From positions 1 to 64,000 of the IMG/VR virus record IMGVR_UViG_3300033066_000276: a stretch of 64,000 nt of DNA; one strand, given 5' to 3'. The notes beneath the pieces were generated by a model that was given only the letters and a program-made list of their open reading frames with translations, did no database searches and was not told where the DNA came from. The stretch comes from a virus (taxonomy: Duplodnaviria; Caudoviricetes). Positions 55,574 through 64,000 of this stretch are shown in pieces. The position numbers and the translations under genes were made by a program. Each line of letters opens with the position of its first letter. Position 1 is the first letter of the stretch.

Positions 55574-56022
55574 ACCTTCTTCTCTCCATAAGGTAGCTGA
55601 CTTAGCGGATAGTCCTCTACTTCATACCAGTTGCCGCTTCCCTTCTCAATTGTAAGCACTAGCTCCTTGCAACGGCTCGTGGCCTCGTGCTCGTGTAGCC
55701 AAATAGAGTCGATAGATTGAGCCGACACACCGTCAACTTCATAGCCACGCAAGACAACGTGGACATTTTCGTGCTTACGAAGCAGTCCTGGCATATGCAA
55801 CACTAATGGAATCAGCTCTTGTCGATCAGGTAGGCGGGCGTAGGCCGCACCCTCAGGAGCCAACAGCACTTCGGCGATACGGATCATGTTGTTGGCGCCA
55901 TCATTGGTATAGATACCTTTCTTGTCGGTATCATATACCAACTCACCTACACCAATACCTTGGATGTGTTCGAGCTTACCTTGCTCAACGAACTCACCGC
56001 GCTTGATAAGTATCTGCATCAC
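55570..56022 (-). CDS. Hypothetical protein with a tail-fibre-type N-terminal motif
   Basis: QILIKRG...GELVYDTDKKGIYTNDG. Confidence 0.6.
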   Translation of the reverse strand: MMQILIKRGEFVEQGKLEHIQGIGVGELVYDTDKKGIYTNDGANNMIRIAEVLLAPEGAAYARLPDRQELIPLVLHMPGLLRKHENVHVVLRGYEVDGVSAQSIDSIWLHEHEATSRCKELVLTIEKGSGNWYEVEDYPLSQLPYGEKKV

Positions 56023-56405
56023 ATTTGCTCCGGCGGGATGGTGAATGGTTTTTTGTCATCACGACGACGAGGATTAGACACCGCTGGCATGTCAGGGTAG
56101 TTTTCAAGCTGCGAGTCCATGATAGTATCCTCAATCTTGAAACGCCAAACGTCGAAGCCCTCAGCCTTCAATTCTTCAACACAACCACGCACGCGGCGTT
56201 GAATAGCATCGAGGTTCTTGTCGCGAGTGGTCAGGAAGCTATCGTACTTTGAACGAGTAGGTGTATCTACGTCCCGTTTTTTCATCAACAGGTCAGCCAC
56301 CCGAAAATCATACTTGAGAGCAATAAGACGCAAGGTTATTTGACGATTATCCAACACCGGCTCAAGCGTGACATGGGCTTCGTAGTACAGTTTAGAATCC
56401 ATCAT
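56019..56405 (-). CDS. Hypothetical protein
   Basis: YYEAHVTLEP...RFKIEDTIMDS conserved small-phage pattern. Confidence 0.65.
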   Translation of the reverse strand: MMDSKLYYEAHVTLEPVLDNRQITLRLIALKYDFRVADLLMKKRDVDTPTRSKYDSFLTTRDKNLDAIQRRVRGCVEELKAEGFDVWRFKIEDTIMDSQLENYPDMPAVSNPRRRDDKKPFTIPPEQM

Positions 56406-56779
56406 TCGGCGTCCTTCCACGATATCTTGAGCACGTAGTAATAGCAGATGGCCGGAGCAGCACTATCGCCATGATTGACTTCGATCTCTTCAATCGAGGA
56501 CGCATAGTTCTGTTCTTGCAACTCGTTAGCTATGTGGTTTAACGCTTCCCAACTCTCATCGTCTTTACTGACATTGTGCTCTACACTGTAGTAACGGTTC
56601 TCTGATGCTGACGCAATCGCCGTGGCAATGAGTGGCTTGAGTTCGGAGATGATGCGACTGATACGTTGACGCCTCTGAGCAGCGATGGATTCTTCTTCCT
56701 TCTGTCTAGCTGCGAAAGCAACCCTCTCTGCGGCTTTGGTTTCAGCCCGAACGTGTGTAGCTTTTTTGAAGTAGCTCAT
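56402..56779 (-). CDS. Hypothetical protein
   Basis: Start MSYFKKA just after the upstream stop. Confidence 0.6.
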   Translation of the reverse strand: MSYFKKATHVRAETKAAERVAFAARQKEEESIAAQRRQRISRIISELKPLIATAIASASENRYYSVEHNVSKDDESWEALNHIANELQEQNYASSIEEIEVNHGDSAAPAICYYYVLKISWKDAE

Positions 56780-56780
56780 G

Positions 56781-57089
56781 CTACGTGTCCTTTGATATTT
56801 GTCGTCGCGTGCGAAAGAACCCATCGTGTTCAGGATACCTGCGGTGAAAACGACGAGCGTAGAAGGCAGTGAAATTGTTGTTCAGCTTAAACTCTTTATC
56901 CTTATCGTAGGTTGGTTGATCCGTTTCCCAACGTACTCTATGGCAGATAGCATCAGATGAGTAATGCTCAAAGCCTTGAGCAATACGATCTTTGGTGAAC
57001 CGCACGAACAGCTTCCATACTTCTGGGTGTTCCTTGTTGAAGCGTTTGAACTGCTCCAACAATTGCTGACGGCGGGTAGGCTTCTTCAT
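56781..57089 (-). CDS. Hypothetical protein
   Basis: FNKEHPEVWKLF...RVRWET...LNNNFTAFYAR conserved phage pattern. Confidence 0.7.
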   Translation of the reverse strand: MKKPTRRQQLLEQFKRFNKEHPEVWKLFVRFTKDRIAQGFEHYSSDAICHRVRWETDQPTYDKDKEFKLNNNFTAFYARRFHRRYPEHDGFFRTRRQISKDT

Positions 57090-57090
57090 T

Positions 57091-57279
57091 TTAGAACTTA
57101 GCCTTTTCGATATTCTGTTTGATCTGCCCGATAGCCTTGTCTTTGCTTATTTCATTACCATCTTCATCTACGAACTTTATCTGAGCGCTACGGCGTTCAC
57201 CTCTTAGCCTAGCCAACTCGGCTGCTTCTTCTTGGGTAATTTCCTTACCATCACCATCTATGTACTTAACCATTGTCAA
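57091..57279 (-). CDS. Small hypothetical protein with internal duplication
   Basis: YIDGDGKEITQEEA / FVDEDGNEISKDKA repeated module. Confidence 0.6.
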   Translation of the reverse strand: MTMVKYIDGDGKEITQEEAAELARLRGERRSAQIKFVDEDGNEISKDKAIGQIKQNIEKAKF

Positions 57280-58928
57280 AACCTCCGTGGCACTTGCCGT
57301 GTGTGTGCTTCTGATTGGTGCTTACGATGATTTACCACTTTTCCTCCAAACCTTGAGGGCTTAGACGAGGCCAAAGCATACATCCGTTCACGGTTTTCTT
57401 TGCTCATCTTGTAGCGTGGTTGGTTGCCATACTTGTTGCCTTCGAGGTAGGGAGAGATTGCAGTCCAACACAGCTTACGCAGACAACCTATGCTCTGTGG
57501 CATGTCATCGACGTAGATCTTGACCTTGGGTTGGCGCTTGCCTTTGGCTGGCGTGCAAGGACGACAGGCCAATTGATAGAACATCGGTCCATTCGAGGTC
57601 GGGATTACTTGATGCAGCACAGTGGGGCGCTTCATGTCCACGCCTTGCTTCATCATCGATGAGATCGCAACGACGACTAGGTGTTTGCCCTTTTCAAAGT
57701 CTCGCAGCACCTTCTTTTGATCGGAGTCAGCGTTGTAGGCCACCGCCATCTGATCGGGCCATTCTTCACCGCGTTTGCGATTGTTAATTCGAGCCTGATT
57801 GTTTATCGTCTGGATGAGTAGGTTCTGTTGCTTGCGATACTCCACTGGAATGATGACGCCACCATGCCCCTCACGCAGATCCTTGAATACGTCCTTGACG
57901 ATTCTCTTGGTGCGTCCTGGATCACTACCGATGAATGATAAGAAGTAGGTCCAGTGGTTGATCTTCTTACCCTCACCGGGGTTGACGCCGGTTTCAACGA
58001 TCTCTAATTCAGGCAGCAGAGCCGCGGTGTGTGAACGCACAGTCACCGGTCCAAGCAAAGCGTAGCCGATGAATTGACGATTGTCCTTGCGGTCGGGTGT
58101 GGCCGTAAGACCAAGCCGGTAGCGACTATCGATCTCGTTGATAAATTTGGCAAACGCCGACGCAGAACCCATGTGGGCTTCGTCAACGATCAACAGACCA
58201 AACTTGCCGGTGATCGCTTCCTTCAATCGTCCAGGGCCATACTTGCTGATGAACTTCTGGTAGTTGACCAGCACTACGTCAGCCTTGGTGTCAAGGTCTT
58301 CAACCGTACTCACCATCTTGACTACGGTTCGACCACGCCGTTTGAGATCATTCATGTTGGTGAAGTCTCGATAGGTGCGGTAGAACTGACGCAGCAGTTG
58401 CTTTTTGTGGGCCACAATCAGAGTACGGGTGCCAAGTTGCACTGAGATGAAGCAACCGAGAACAGTCTTACCCGTCCTCGGTGCCGCCTCGATGATGCCA
58501 TGCTTAACCTTGAGCCATTCGTCTGTCAGCTTGACTTGGTTAGCAGTCTTAATGTCGTCGATAGTTTGCCCGTGATAGAGCTCACGCGTGAACTTTATCT
58601 TGTTGCGGAATGGAGGATTGGCACGCTTGTCTATGGCTAGGTGAAAGTCAAAGCCGATCTTCTTGGCTGTAACTCGATCTCCTGACGGGACAGCGATGTA
58701 GTCTTCACCCTTGAAATTGCCCTTACGCCACAGCTTGATCTCACCCTGGAAGGCAGGGCATTGGTCACAAAGTTCGTTATGACGATCAGGCAAATTTTTA
58801 CATCTTCCACAAGCACTTTCGTCATAGATAGAACGTTGGTAGTGTTGTTTAACCTCCCGAAGATTAACTTGATCCCTCCGTAGGTATAACTTGTCTTTGA
58901 TTATGAACTTTGGTGAAGCCATGACCAT
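57276..58928 (-). CDS. SF2 DNA helicase (UvsW/Rad25-like)
   Basis: APRTGKT, LIVDEAH, GLTATPDRKD, QGVD. Confidence 0.92.
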   Translation of the reverse strand: MVMASPKFIIKDKLYLRRDQVNLREVKQHYQRSIYDESACGRCKNLPDRHNELCDQCPAFQGEIKLWRKGNFKGEDYIAVPSGDRVTAKKIGFDFHLAIDKRANPPFRNKIKFTRELYHGQTIDDIKTANQVKLTDEWLKVKHGIIEAAPRTGKTVLGCFISVQLGTRTLIVAHKKQLLRQFYRTYRDFTNMNDLKRRGRTVVKMVSTVEDLDTKADVVLVNYQKFISKYGPGRLKEAITGKFGLLIVDEAHMGSASAFAKFINEIDSRYRLGLTATPDRKDNRQFIGYALLGPVTVRSHTAALLPELEIVETGVNPGEGKKINHWTYFLSFIGSDPGRTKRIVKDVFKDLREGHGGVIIPVEYRKQQNLLIQTINNQARINNRKRGEEWPDQMAVAYNADSDQKKVLRDFEKGKHLVVVAISSMMKQGVDMKRPTVLHQVIPTSNGPMFYQLACRPCTPAKGKRQPKVKIYVDDMPQSIGCLRKLCWTAISPYLEGNKYGNQPRYKMSKENRERMYALASSKPSRFGGKVVNHRKHQSEAHTRQVPRRF

Positions 58929-59467
58929 GCCCTTCCAGAGATGATATTTTGTATCAAAGAAGGAGACACATTAAATCTATCACTCATCCCCTTAACACCA
59001 AATTTACTATGTCCTCGCTTGAACTTGCGTTTGATGAACAAGACATCATCTTTGCATAATTTAGCTTTTGGATGTCGAGTACCTTGTAGTGTCGTCCCGT
59101 GTTTTGAAGCATCTGCGCCATTTTCAACGTAGGTTCCATATTCTATGTTGGTCGCAACATTGTTTGTTCCCACGCCATCAAGATGACGAACTACAAGACC
59201 ATTCGGCCTTTTGCCTTTGAAAGCTCTAGCCACTAGGACATGCACATATTTGGTATATTTTACAGCTTCTCTGCACAAAGAAACAGTACGATACGGTCCA
59301 CTTCGTGCTTGTTTCAATACACGTCCAGGTACTACGTAGGACTTGAGTGGAACACCATTTCTCATAGCATTAACGGTTGTTCCCAGTGATCTTACCCTCC
59401 CCAAGTTAGAGACTTCATAATTGGGGTATCCCTTGACCTTCTTCCATATCTCTTTGGGTGCTGGCAT
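58901..59467 (-). CDS. NUMOD4-HNH homing endonuclease
   Basis: WKKVKGYPNYEVSNLGRVRS, VHVLVARAF, VRHLDGVGTNNVATNIEYGT. Confidence 0.92.
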   Translation of the reverse strand: MPAPKEIWKKVKGYPNYEVSNLGRVRSLGTTVNAMRNGVPLKSYVVPGRVLKQARSGPYRTVSLCREAVKYTKYVHVLVARAFKGKRPNGLVVRHLDGVGTNNVATNIEYGTYVENGADASKHGTTLQGTRHPKAKLCKDDVLFIKRKFKRGHSKFGVKGMSDRFNVSPSLIQNIISGRAWSWLHQSS

Positions 59468-59471
59468 TTGG

Positions 59472-60689
59472 TTAATATGTCTCTGGATCACGACCCGAAG
59501 GTGGGGAAGCTGGTGGTGGTAGCACCGCTTCTGCTGCTGCGGTTGGAACAACAGGCGGCGGTGTTGGTGGTATTGGAGTTACTGCAATCACCGCTTCCTT
59601 GACTATGGGCTCCTTGTTGACTGCCAGCACTTGCATCAAGTCGGCAATCATCTTGATCTCAGCTTCGTCAAACACTCGCGGTCGGGTAACCGAAGGATTG
59701 ACCTGAGCCTTGTTCAAGAACAGCAGTCGCGCCAAGTCACTAGCACTGTTTACCTTAAGCGCCGTGGGGAACAATTCGTCGGTAAACGGGGTTGGACGAA
59801 CGATTGGCGTGGCTCCAGCCAACACTGCTTCCATGACCTCGTACTGCATCGTATCCCGATCGTTCCACCCCAACACCCATTGGCAGCGAGATAGAAAGCT
59901 CAAGTAGTCATGTTTGTTCTTGACAACCCGGAACATCAGGTTCTGTGGCAGCTTGGTTGTATCGGGTAGATTGCGTCGGCTATTGAGCATACTGCCTGGA
60001 ACGACAGCCATAAACCTAACTAGGTCTAGGCCACGACTAAGACGATAGCTAGCGTTGTCACTGGTGACGCCAGCCAGACTATTGTACTCACGCGCAGCAT
60101 CAATCAACACTTGCAGACCGTTGTCATCGCAAACCCGTTGCGGCATGACCAAGATCTTTTCCTTCGTCGTCGCCGTGAACGCCTTGTCAACGCGACATGG
60201 ATAGCCGACTACAGCCACCTTGTCTCCACCGATCATGTGGTGCTGCATCAGTGCGTCTTTCAACGCCTGAGTAGCAACGTAGATACGATCAGCCCCTTCC
60301 ATGATGTTGTCTTCAAAGCGACCGACAACGTTGCGATTGCTCTTATCCCACATCCGTGTGGTGCTGGTGACGATACCGGCGTAAGGAATCTCAGGATTGT
60401 CCATCACAATCGACGGCACTTCTGGAGACAACAGGTCCATGAAGAACAGCATGTCGAACTGGTGATGCTTCTTTTCTTCGGCCATCTGACGAAGAACGTT
60501 GAGCCGGTTTTCGGTTTGATAGGATGGATCGTAGAAACTCTCCACGTTGGTAATCGCGGTGAAGTTGGTGCCGCCAATCATCACCACTTCCGCCATGCGC
60601 GACAGGTGGTAGACGAAGTCATCGACCAGTGTTTGTTCGGGACGAAACCAAGCTAGGGCGGGACGAACCAATCCAATAGTGTACTGCAT
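59472..60689 (-). CDS. GT-B fold glycosyltransferase-like protein
   Basis: DMLFFMD, ADRIYVAT, VVGYP, MPQRV, QYEVMEAVLAGATPIV (E-x7-E-like donor motif); Pro-rich tail. Confidence 0.75.
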   Translation of the reverse strand: MQYTIGLVRPALAWFRPEQTLVDDFVYHLSRMAEVVMIGGTNFTAITNVESFYDPSYQTENRLNVLRQMAEEKKHHQFDMLFFMDLLSPEVPSIVMDNPEIPYAGIVTSTTRMWDKSNRNVVGRFEDNIMEGADRIYVATQALKDALMQHHMIGGDKVAVVGYPCRVDKAFTATTKEKILVMPQRVCDDNGLQVLIDAAREYNSLAGVTSDNASYRLSRGLDLVRFMAVVPGSMLNSRRNLPDTTKLPQNLMFRVVKNKHDYLSFLSRCQWVLGWNDRDTMQYEVMEAVLAGATPIVRPTPFTDELFPTALKVNSASDLARLLFLNKAQVNPSVTRPRVFDEAEIKMIADLMQVLAVNKEPIVKEAVIAVTPIPPTPPPVVPTAAAEAVLPPPASPPSGRDPETY

Positions 60690-60955
60690 TACTGCGCCTC
60701 CTCTAGCATATCAGTGACAATGTGTCGGTTGTCTGGATCGGCTAGAGGTTGTTGTGAAGGTGTGTCGGTGGCAGAGTAACGCAATTCCATGCGTAGGTAG
60801 ACCAATTTGATTTCGTTTAGATCGTGCGCCATACTTGAAGCATAGTAAGCGATAGCCACCAGTATGAGCGAGCAAGCAACGATAGCGGCGTTGCGCACTC
60901 CTTCTAGGAGCAACATCATCTGCTCCCAATTCATCTTTGAAATTTTCATAGTCAA
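60689..60955 (-). CDS. Small membrane protein
   Basis: One hydrophobic helix AAIVACSLILVAIAYYA. Confidence 0.65.
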   Translation of the reverse strand: MTMKISKMNWEQMMLLLEGVRNAAIVACSLILVAIAYYASSMAHDLNEIKLVYLRMELRYSATDTPSQQPLADPDNRHIVTDMLEEAQ

Positions 60956-60958
60956 TCC

Positions 60959-61909
60959 TTACGCTAAACCGGGAAGCTCTACCCAATCAGCTTTCCATTG
61001 CATTCCGCGCTTGAGGTTGTTTATGTCCAACCCCAATCCAAGTTTGAGATTTTTGTTGTAGCACTCCTGTAATGCCTTGAGCAAGATAAAGTCTTCGTGT
61101 AGGCTGTGACCCACGATTGAATAGGTGTATTGCAGGAGCTTTCGTCGCTCATCACGATCAAACAGCGCCAGCGCTAACAATCTGTTCTCAGCCGACCGAA
61201 ACTCCCATATCTCACACGGCGTTCGCAGCACCATCTCAATTTGATTGAGCATGAAGTCAGGCAAGAAAGGGTAGTGCTTGCCTGAGATCATAACCCCGTT
61301 GCTGCTCACGCACTCGAAACCGGGAATGTCTTCCCGCAAACGTCGGCTTAAATCGGTGAGCACTAGAGCACGTAGTTCGCTTCGTCCGCTAACACTAGCA
61401 CCAAATCGATCGTAGGATTGGACTTTTACGTTCGTGTGCGCGTACCAGCAACTCTCCATGCCAATCGCTTGTAATTGGTTTCCAAACCAGATGTAGCGTG
61501 GGTTTATTACAAATTCGCCATGTCCGTCCTCAATGATGTCTAGAGGCAAGTCATGTAGAGTTCGCATGAAGTCTAGCTGCGCCGCCGCCCAAGTAGGTAT
61601 AGTCAATTCAGCCAGTACCGTCCAGATGATGCCTCGGTCGGCGGTGCTGTGTTGCACTAACGGAATAAGGAAGTCGCCGTCAGCCATCAGACTAGGTGCG
61701 CTGACGTAGGGAATGGCCGTATCTTTCGACCATTCGTGGCTACCAATCTCCACGGATACGAAAGCGTACAGCCATTCTTTTTCTAGTGGTGCTACTCGCG
61801 GCCCCATCGTTGCTGAATGGTCAGACACTGCCTGCATGAACCGTTCAACTCTCGGCCAAAAAGTATCCCAATGCTGCAACCATGTCTTGCCATCAGTAAC
61901 GTTAATCAA
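60959..61909 (-). CDS. Hypothetical protein with GNAT/ATE(Bpt)-like C-terminal region
   Basis: WEFRSAENRLLALALFD...YTYS...ILLKAL...LGLGL...MQWK resembles the ATE_C/FemAB GNAT pattern. Confidence 0.45.
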   Translation of the reverse strand: MINVTDGKTWLQHWDTFWPRVERFMQAVSDHSATMGPRVAPLEKEWLYAFVSVEIGSHEWSKDTAIPYVSAPSLMADGDFLIPLVQHSTADRGIIWTVLAELTIPTWAAAQLDFMRTLHDLPLDIIEDGHGEFVINPRYIWFGNQLQAIGMESCWYAHTNVKVQSYDRFGASVSGRSELRALVLTDLSRRLREDIPGFECVSSNGVMISGKHYPFLPDFMLNQIEMVLRTPCEIWEFRSAENRLLALALFDRDERRKLLQYTYSIVGHSLHEDFILLKALQECYNKNLKLGLGLDINNLKRGMQWKADWVELPGLA

Positions 61910-63293
61910 GACTCTTCCTCAATACTGTGCCTAGATCTATTTCGGACCCGATCAAGTTGATGATGTCTAGGCCAACGTCATCGCGGTAGGTATGTGACCA
62001 GCAAGACACTTTCCTAGCTTGATCGTATAGCTCTTGTCGTGCATCGTCTATGCTAAAATTGTTAGCAGTCAAGATAACGGCTCGATCTTGCTGTACGATG
62101 CGAACCGTTCCCTTCTTGTCGATGTAGCCCGCATCAAACAAGCGCTTTTGTACCACGATGGACAATTTGTCTAGGCCATGCACCAGGGCCAACATCTTGC
62201 CAGCCTTTTGCCCGACGAAGCTATCGTAATGCAGCAGACCAATGCTGACACTAAAGCCAGCGTCAGGATTAACTACTACATCTACATCGTCTTCTATTGG
62301 CTCGAAGCCTGAAATATGCGCTAAGAAGCGAGCGTAGTGAACCATCGTTGAGATGATATGCTCAGTCGGGTAACCAAACCGCGTTGTGAACTCTAGAAAG
62401 TGTAGCTTGTTTCCGACCATGATCGTATTGATGCCGAAGAAGCCACGATACTCGCTGTCCTTCAAGTCTTGGGTAATGCTCTCGAAGAAACTTCTTACGC
62501 GATAGGGTAGCTGATCGAACGGCACAAGCTGGCCTGCGGTTCCAGATTCACCTGAGAATACGCCGCCACGATTCTCATTGTTAACGCCCTTGTACTCACG
62601 ATTGATGAAACAGAACTGCCAGAACCTCTGACCATCGAACCAACAATCGTAGCTGAACTCTTCGCCGCCAACGATTTGTTCTTCCATGAACACACCCTTC
62701 TCCCGCCGGAAGAAGTTGAAGTAATCCTGTTCGAGGAAGTCTTGGCAGTCGGCGCGGTTCGGTGGCAGCACTGTGTCCCAGGTGCCCTTGAGCAAGAAGT
62801 TCTTGGTCGGGTGCTTCTTTAATAGCTTGCGAGCGTCCTCGATCGTTTTAACGAATACGCCTTCGTGGTTCAGAGCAAAGCCGTGGGCTTCGGCCAACAC
62901 CTTACCAAAAGCTCTGTCGAGTTCCAGCTTGTTGGTGAATGTAGTTGGTCCAATCACGAAAGGATGGATCGAACGCAAGTAGTCAGCCACCATGCCCATC
63001 TGTTTGCCGTTGTAATCGCAAACGATGAAGTCCTTACCCTTGACGAAAGCACGTAGGTCTTCCAGCACTTGCGTGTGTAGTGACTTAGACAAGCCTCGAT
63101 ACTTGCGGCCTTCGTTCGCGATCTTGTAGGTACGCGGGTACAAGAACCTCAACCCCGAACTGTCTTTCAGTTCGTAGCGATTGATCCCTGCGATAAAGGC
63201 AGTGACCTTATGCCCTTCTTTCAGAAGTTGTTCTTGTAAGCCGACAGATGCCAGCATGTGACTGACGAAGCCGATGTTATACGCTCTGTTCAC
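61902..63293 (-). CDS. PurD-like ATP-grasp ligase
   Basis: IGPT...KLELDRAFGK, VFMEEQIVGGEEFS, GESG, YRGFFGIN, LEFTTRFGYP; lacks the PurD GSGGREH N-terminus. Confidence 0.85.
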   Translation of the reverse strand: MNRAYNIGFVSHMLASVGLQEQLLKEGHKVTAFIAGINRYELKDSSGLRFLYPRTYKIANEGRKYRGLSKSLHTQVLEDLRAFVKGKDFIVCDYNGKQMGMVADYLRSIHPFVIGPTTFTNKLELDRAFGKVLAEAHGFALNHEGVFVKTIEDARKLLKKHPTKNFLLKGTWDTVLPPNRADCQDFLEQDYFNFFRREKGVFMEEQIVGGEEFSYDCWFDGQRFWQFCFINREYKGVNNENRGGVFSGESGTAGQLVPFDQLPYRVRSFFESITQDLKDSEYRGFFGINTIMVGNKLHFLEFTTRFGYPTEHIISTMVHYARFLAHISGFEPIEDDVDVVVNPDAGFSVSIGLLHYDSFVGQKAGKMLALVHGLDKLSIVVQKRLFDAGYIDKKGTVRIVQQDRAVILTANNFSIDDARQELYDQARKVSCWSHTYRDDVGLDIINLIGSEIDLGTVLRKSLD

Positions 63294-64000
63294 GGGAGTC
63301 CTTCTTTCTTGCCACTACCAATGCCGAAGTCATCATGCGTTCACCGCAACTAAAGAATTCAGATGGGACAGGGCTATATCGTTTCCGCTCAGCTTCAAAT
63401 TGTTTGGCCGTAAGACGTTTGGCCCCTAGCGAGGCTAGGTGTTCGTAGTAGTCCTGTGCGTCAATGGCTTCAATGCCTATCTCCAAACACAACTGTTCGA
63501 GGTATAGCAATGCAGCTTTACTTGATCCGCTTTCGATAGTGAACATGCTTTCGATAGTCAGATAATTGGGCAGGACCAACCCAAAAAGTCCACCGACTAG
63601 CTTCTCCTTGGGGTCCAAAACTTCAATACTATAGGCTCGTAGCTGATCGTAAAGTTCTCGATAGGCGTTTTGGGTAGGTTCGTCCAACCAGTCAATGAGA
63701 TCGTAACCATCTTCTGTGTCTTCTTCTTTGCGTTTGATCGTAGCACAGGTCTCAACCACTCGACCAAATTGCGCAGCGTCTAGGTTATTGACGTTAAGCA
63801 TAACGAACCATTTGTTCTTACGCAATTGTTGGCTCGTGGTTTTGGACATGTGAACCGACCCAGGTTCAAACACCGCTCGTGGATTAGGGATCACCCAATC
63901 CCAGGTCTTGCCTTCCTTGGACGACTTGCCGTCAATCACTGCACCAAAATCTAGTGCTGACTCGTAAAGGGTCTTACCCTTAACGGATCGAGTGCGTTTG
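63277..64000 (-). CDS. aat: Leucyl/phenylalanyl-tRNA-protein transferase-like (N-terminus outside the window)
   Basis: PNPRAV, AYRELY, SIEV...LVGGLFG, ESMF, SSKAAL, IDAQ, HLASLGA match E. coli Aat; the frame stays open to the window edge. Confidence 0.9.
   Translation of the reverse strand, partial: KRTRSVKGKTLYESALDFGAVIDGKSSKEGKTWDWVIPNPRAVFEPGSVHMSKTTSQQLRKNKWFVMLNVNNLDAAQFGRVVETCATIKRKEEDTEDGYDLIDWLDEPTQNAYRELYDQLRAYSIEVLDPKEKLVGGLFGLVLPNYLTIESMFTIESGSSKAALLYLEQLCLEIGIEAIDAQDYYEHLASLGAKRLTAKQFEAERKRYSPVPSEFFSCGERMMTSALVVARKKDSREQSV

Noticed and set aside
61902-63293. Calling this gene purD (purine biosynthesis)
   Set aside because: Lacks the N-terminal PRA-binding GSGGREH motif and has no pur neighbours; only the ATP-grasp family is supported
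63960-63982. Small inverted repeat AAGGGT-ctt-ACCCTT
   Set aside because: Short, inside an open coding frame, expected by chance
1-64000. Numerous plus-strand ORFs of 60-230 aa
   Set aside because: All lie antisense to well-supported, tightly coupled minus-strand genes and show no recognisable motifs
1-64000. tRNA genes, alternative genetic code, or host assignment
   Set aside because: No cloverleaf-sized gaps or T-loop motifs seen; genes read intact in code 11; no sequence evidence here fixes the host

Overview
A 64 kb segment of a large (jumbo-like) contractile-tailed dsDNA phage. Every credible gene lies on the minus strand, tightly packed with ATGA/TAATG overlaps. In transcription order (64000 -> 1): (i) a modification-type cluster of an Aat-like L/F-tRNA-protein transferase, a PurD-like ATP-grasp ligase, a GNAT/ATE-like protein and a GT-B glycosyltransferase; (ii) an HNH nuclease, an SF2 (UvsW-like) helicase and small accessory genes, including NDT-like, GroES, SLOG/YspA and Acb2-like genes plus two small genes resembling fragments of virion proteins; (iii) DnaB helicase, large terminase and portal, each interrupted by a LAGLIDADG intein; (iv) a ~12 kb block between portal and scaffold of mostly basic proteins, many sharing an N-terminal M-R-[YFIL]-x-F-x-R tag (cargo includes a topoisomerase IB-like enzyme, a tandem nucleotidyltransferase and a kinase-fold protein), with a ubiquitin-fold candidate and the prohead protease among them; (v) an acidic scaffold-like protein, decoration protein, major capsid, sheath, three tube paralogs, a tail chaperone with a probable programmed frameshift, a lysozyme-bearing tape measure, baseplate genes and LamG tail fibres. 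No tRNA, rRNA or CRISPR array was seen. All family assignments come from motif recognition by eye; no database searches were run. Several start codons were moved from the ORF track using RBS and overlap evidence.
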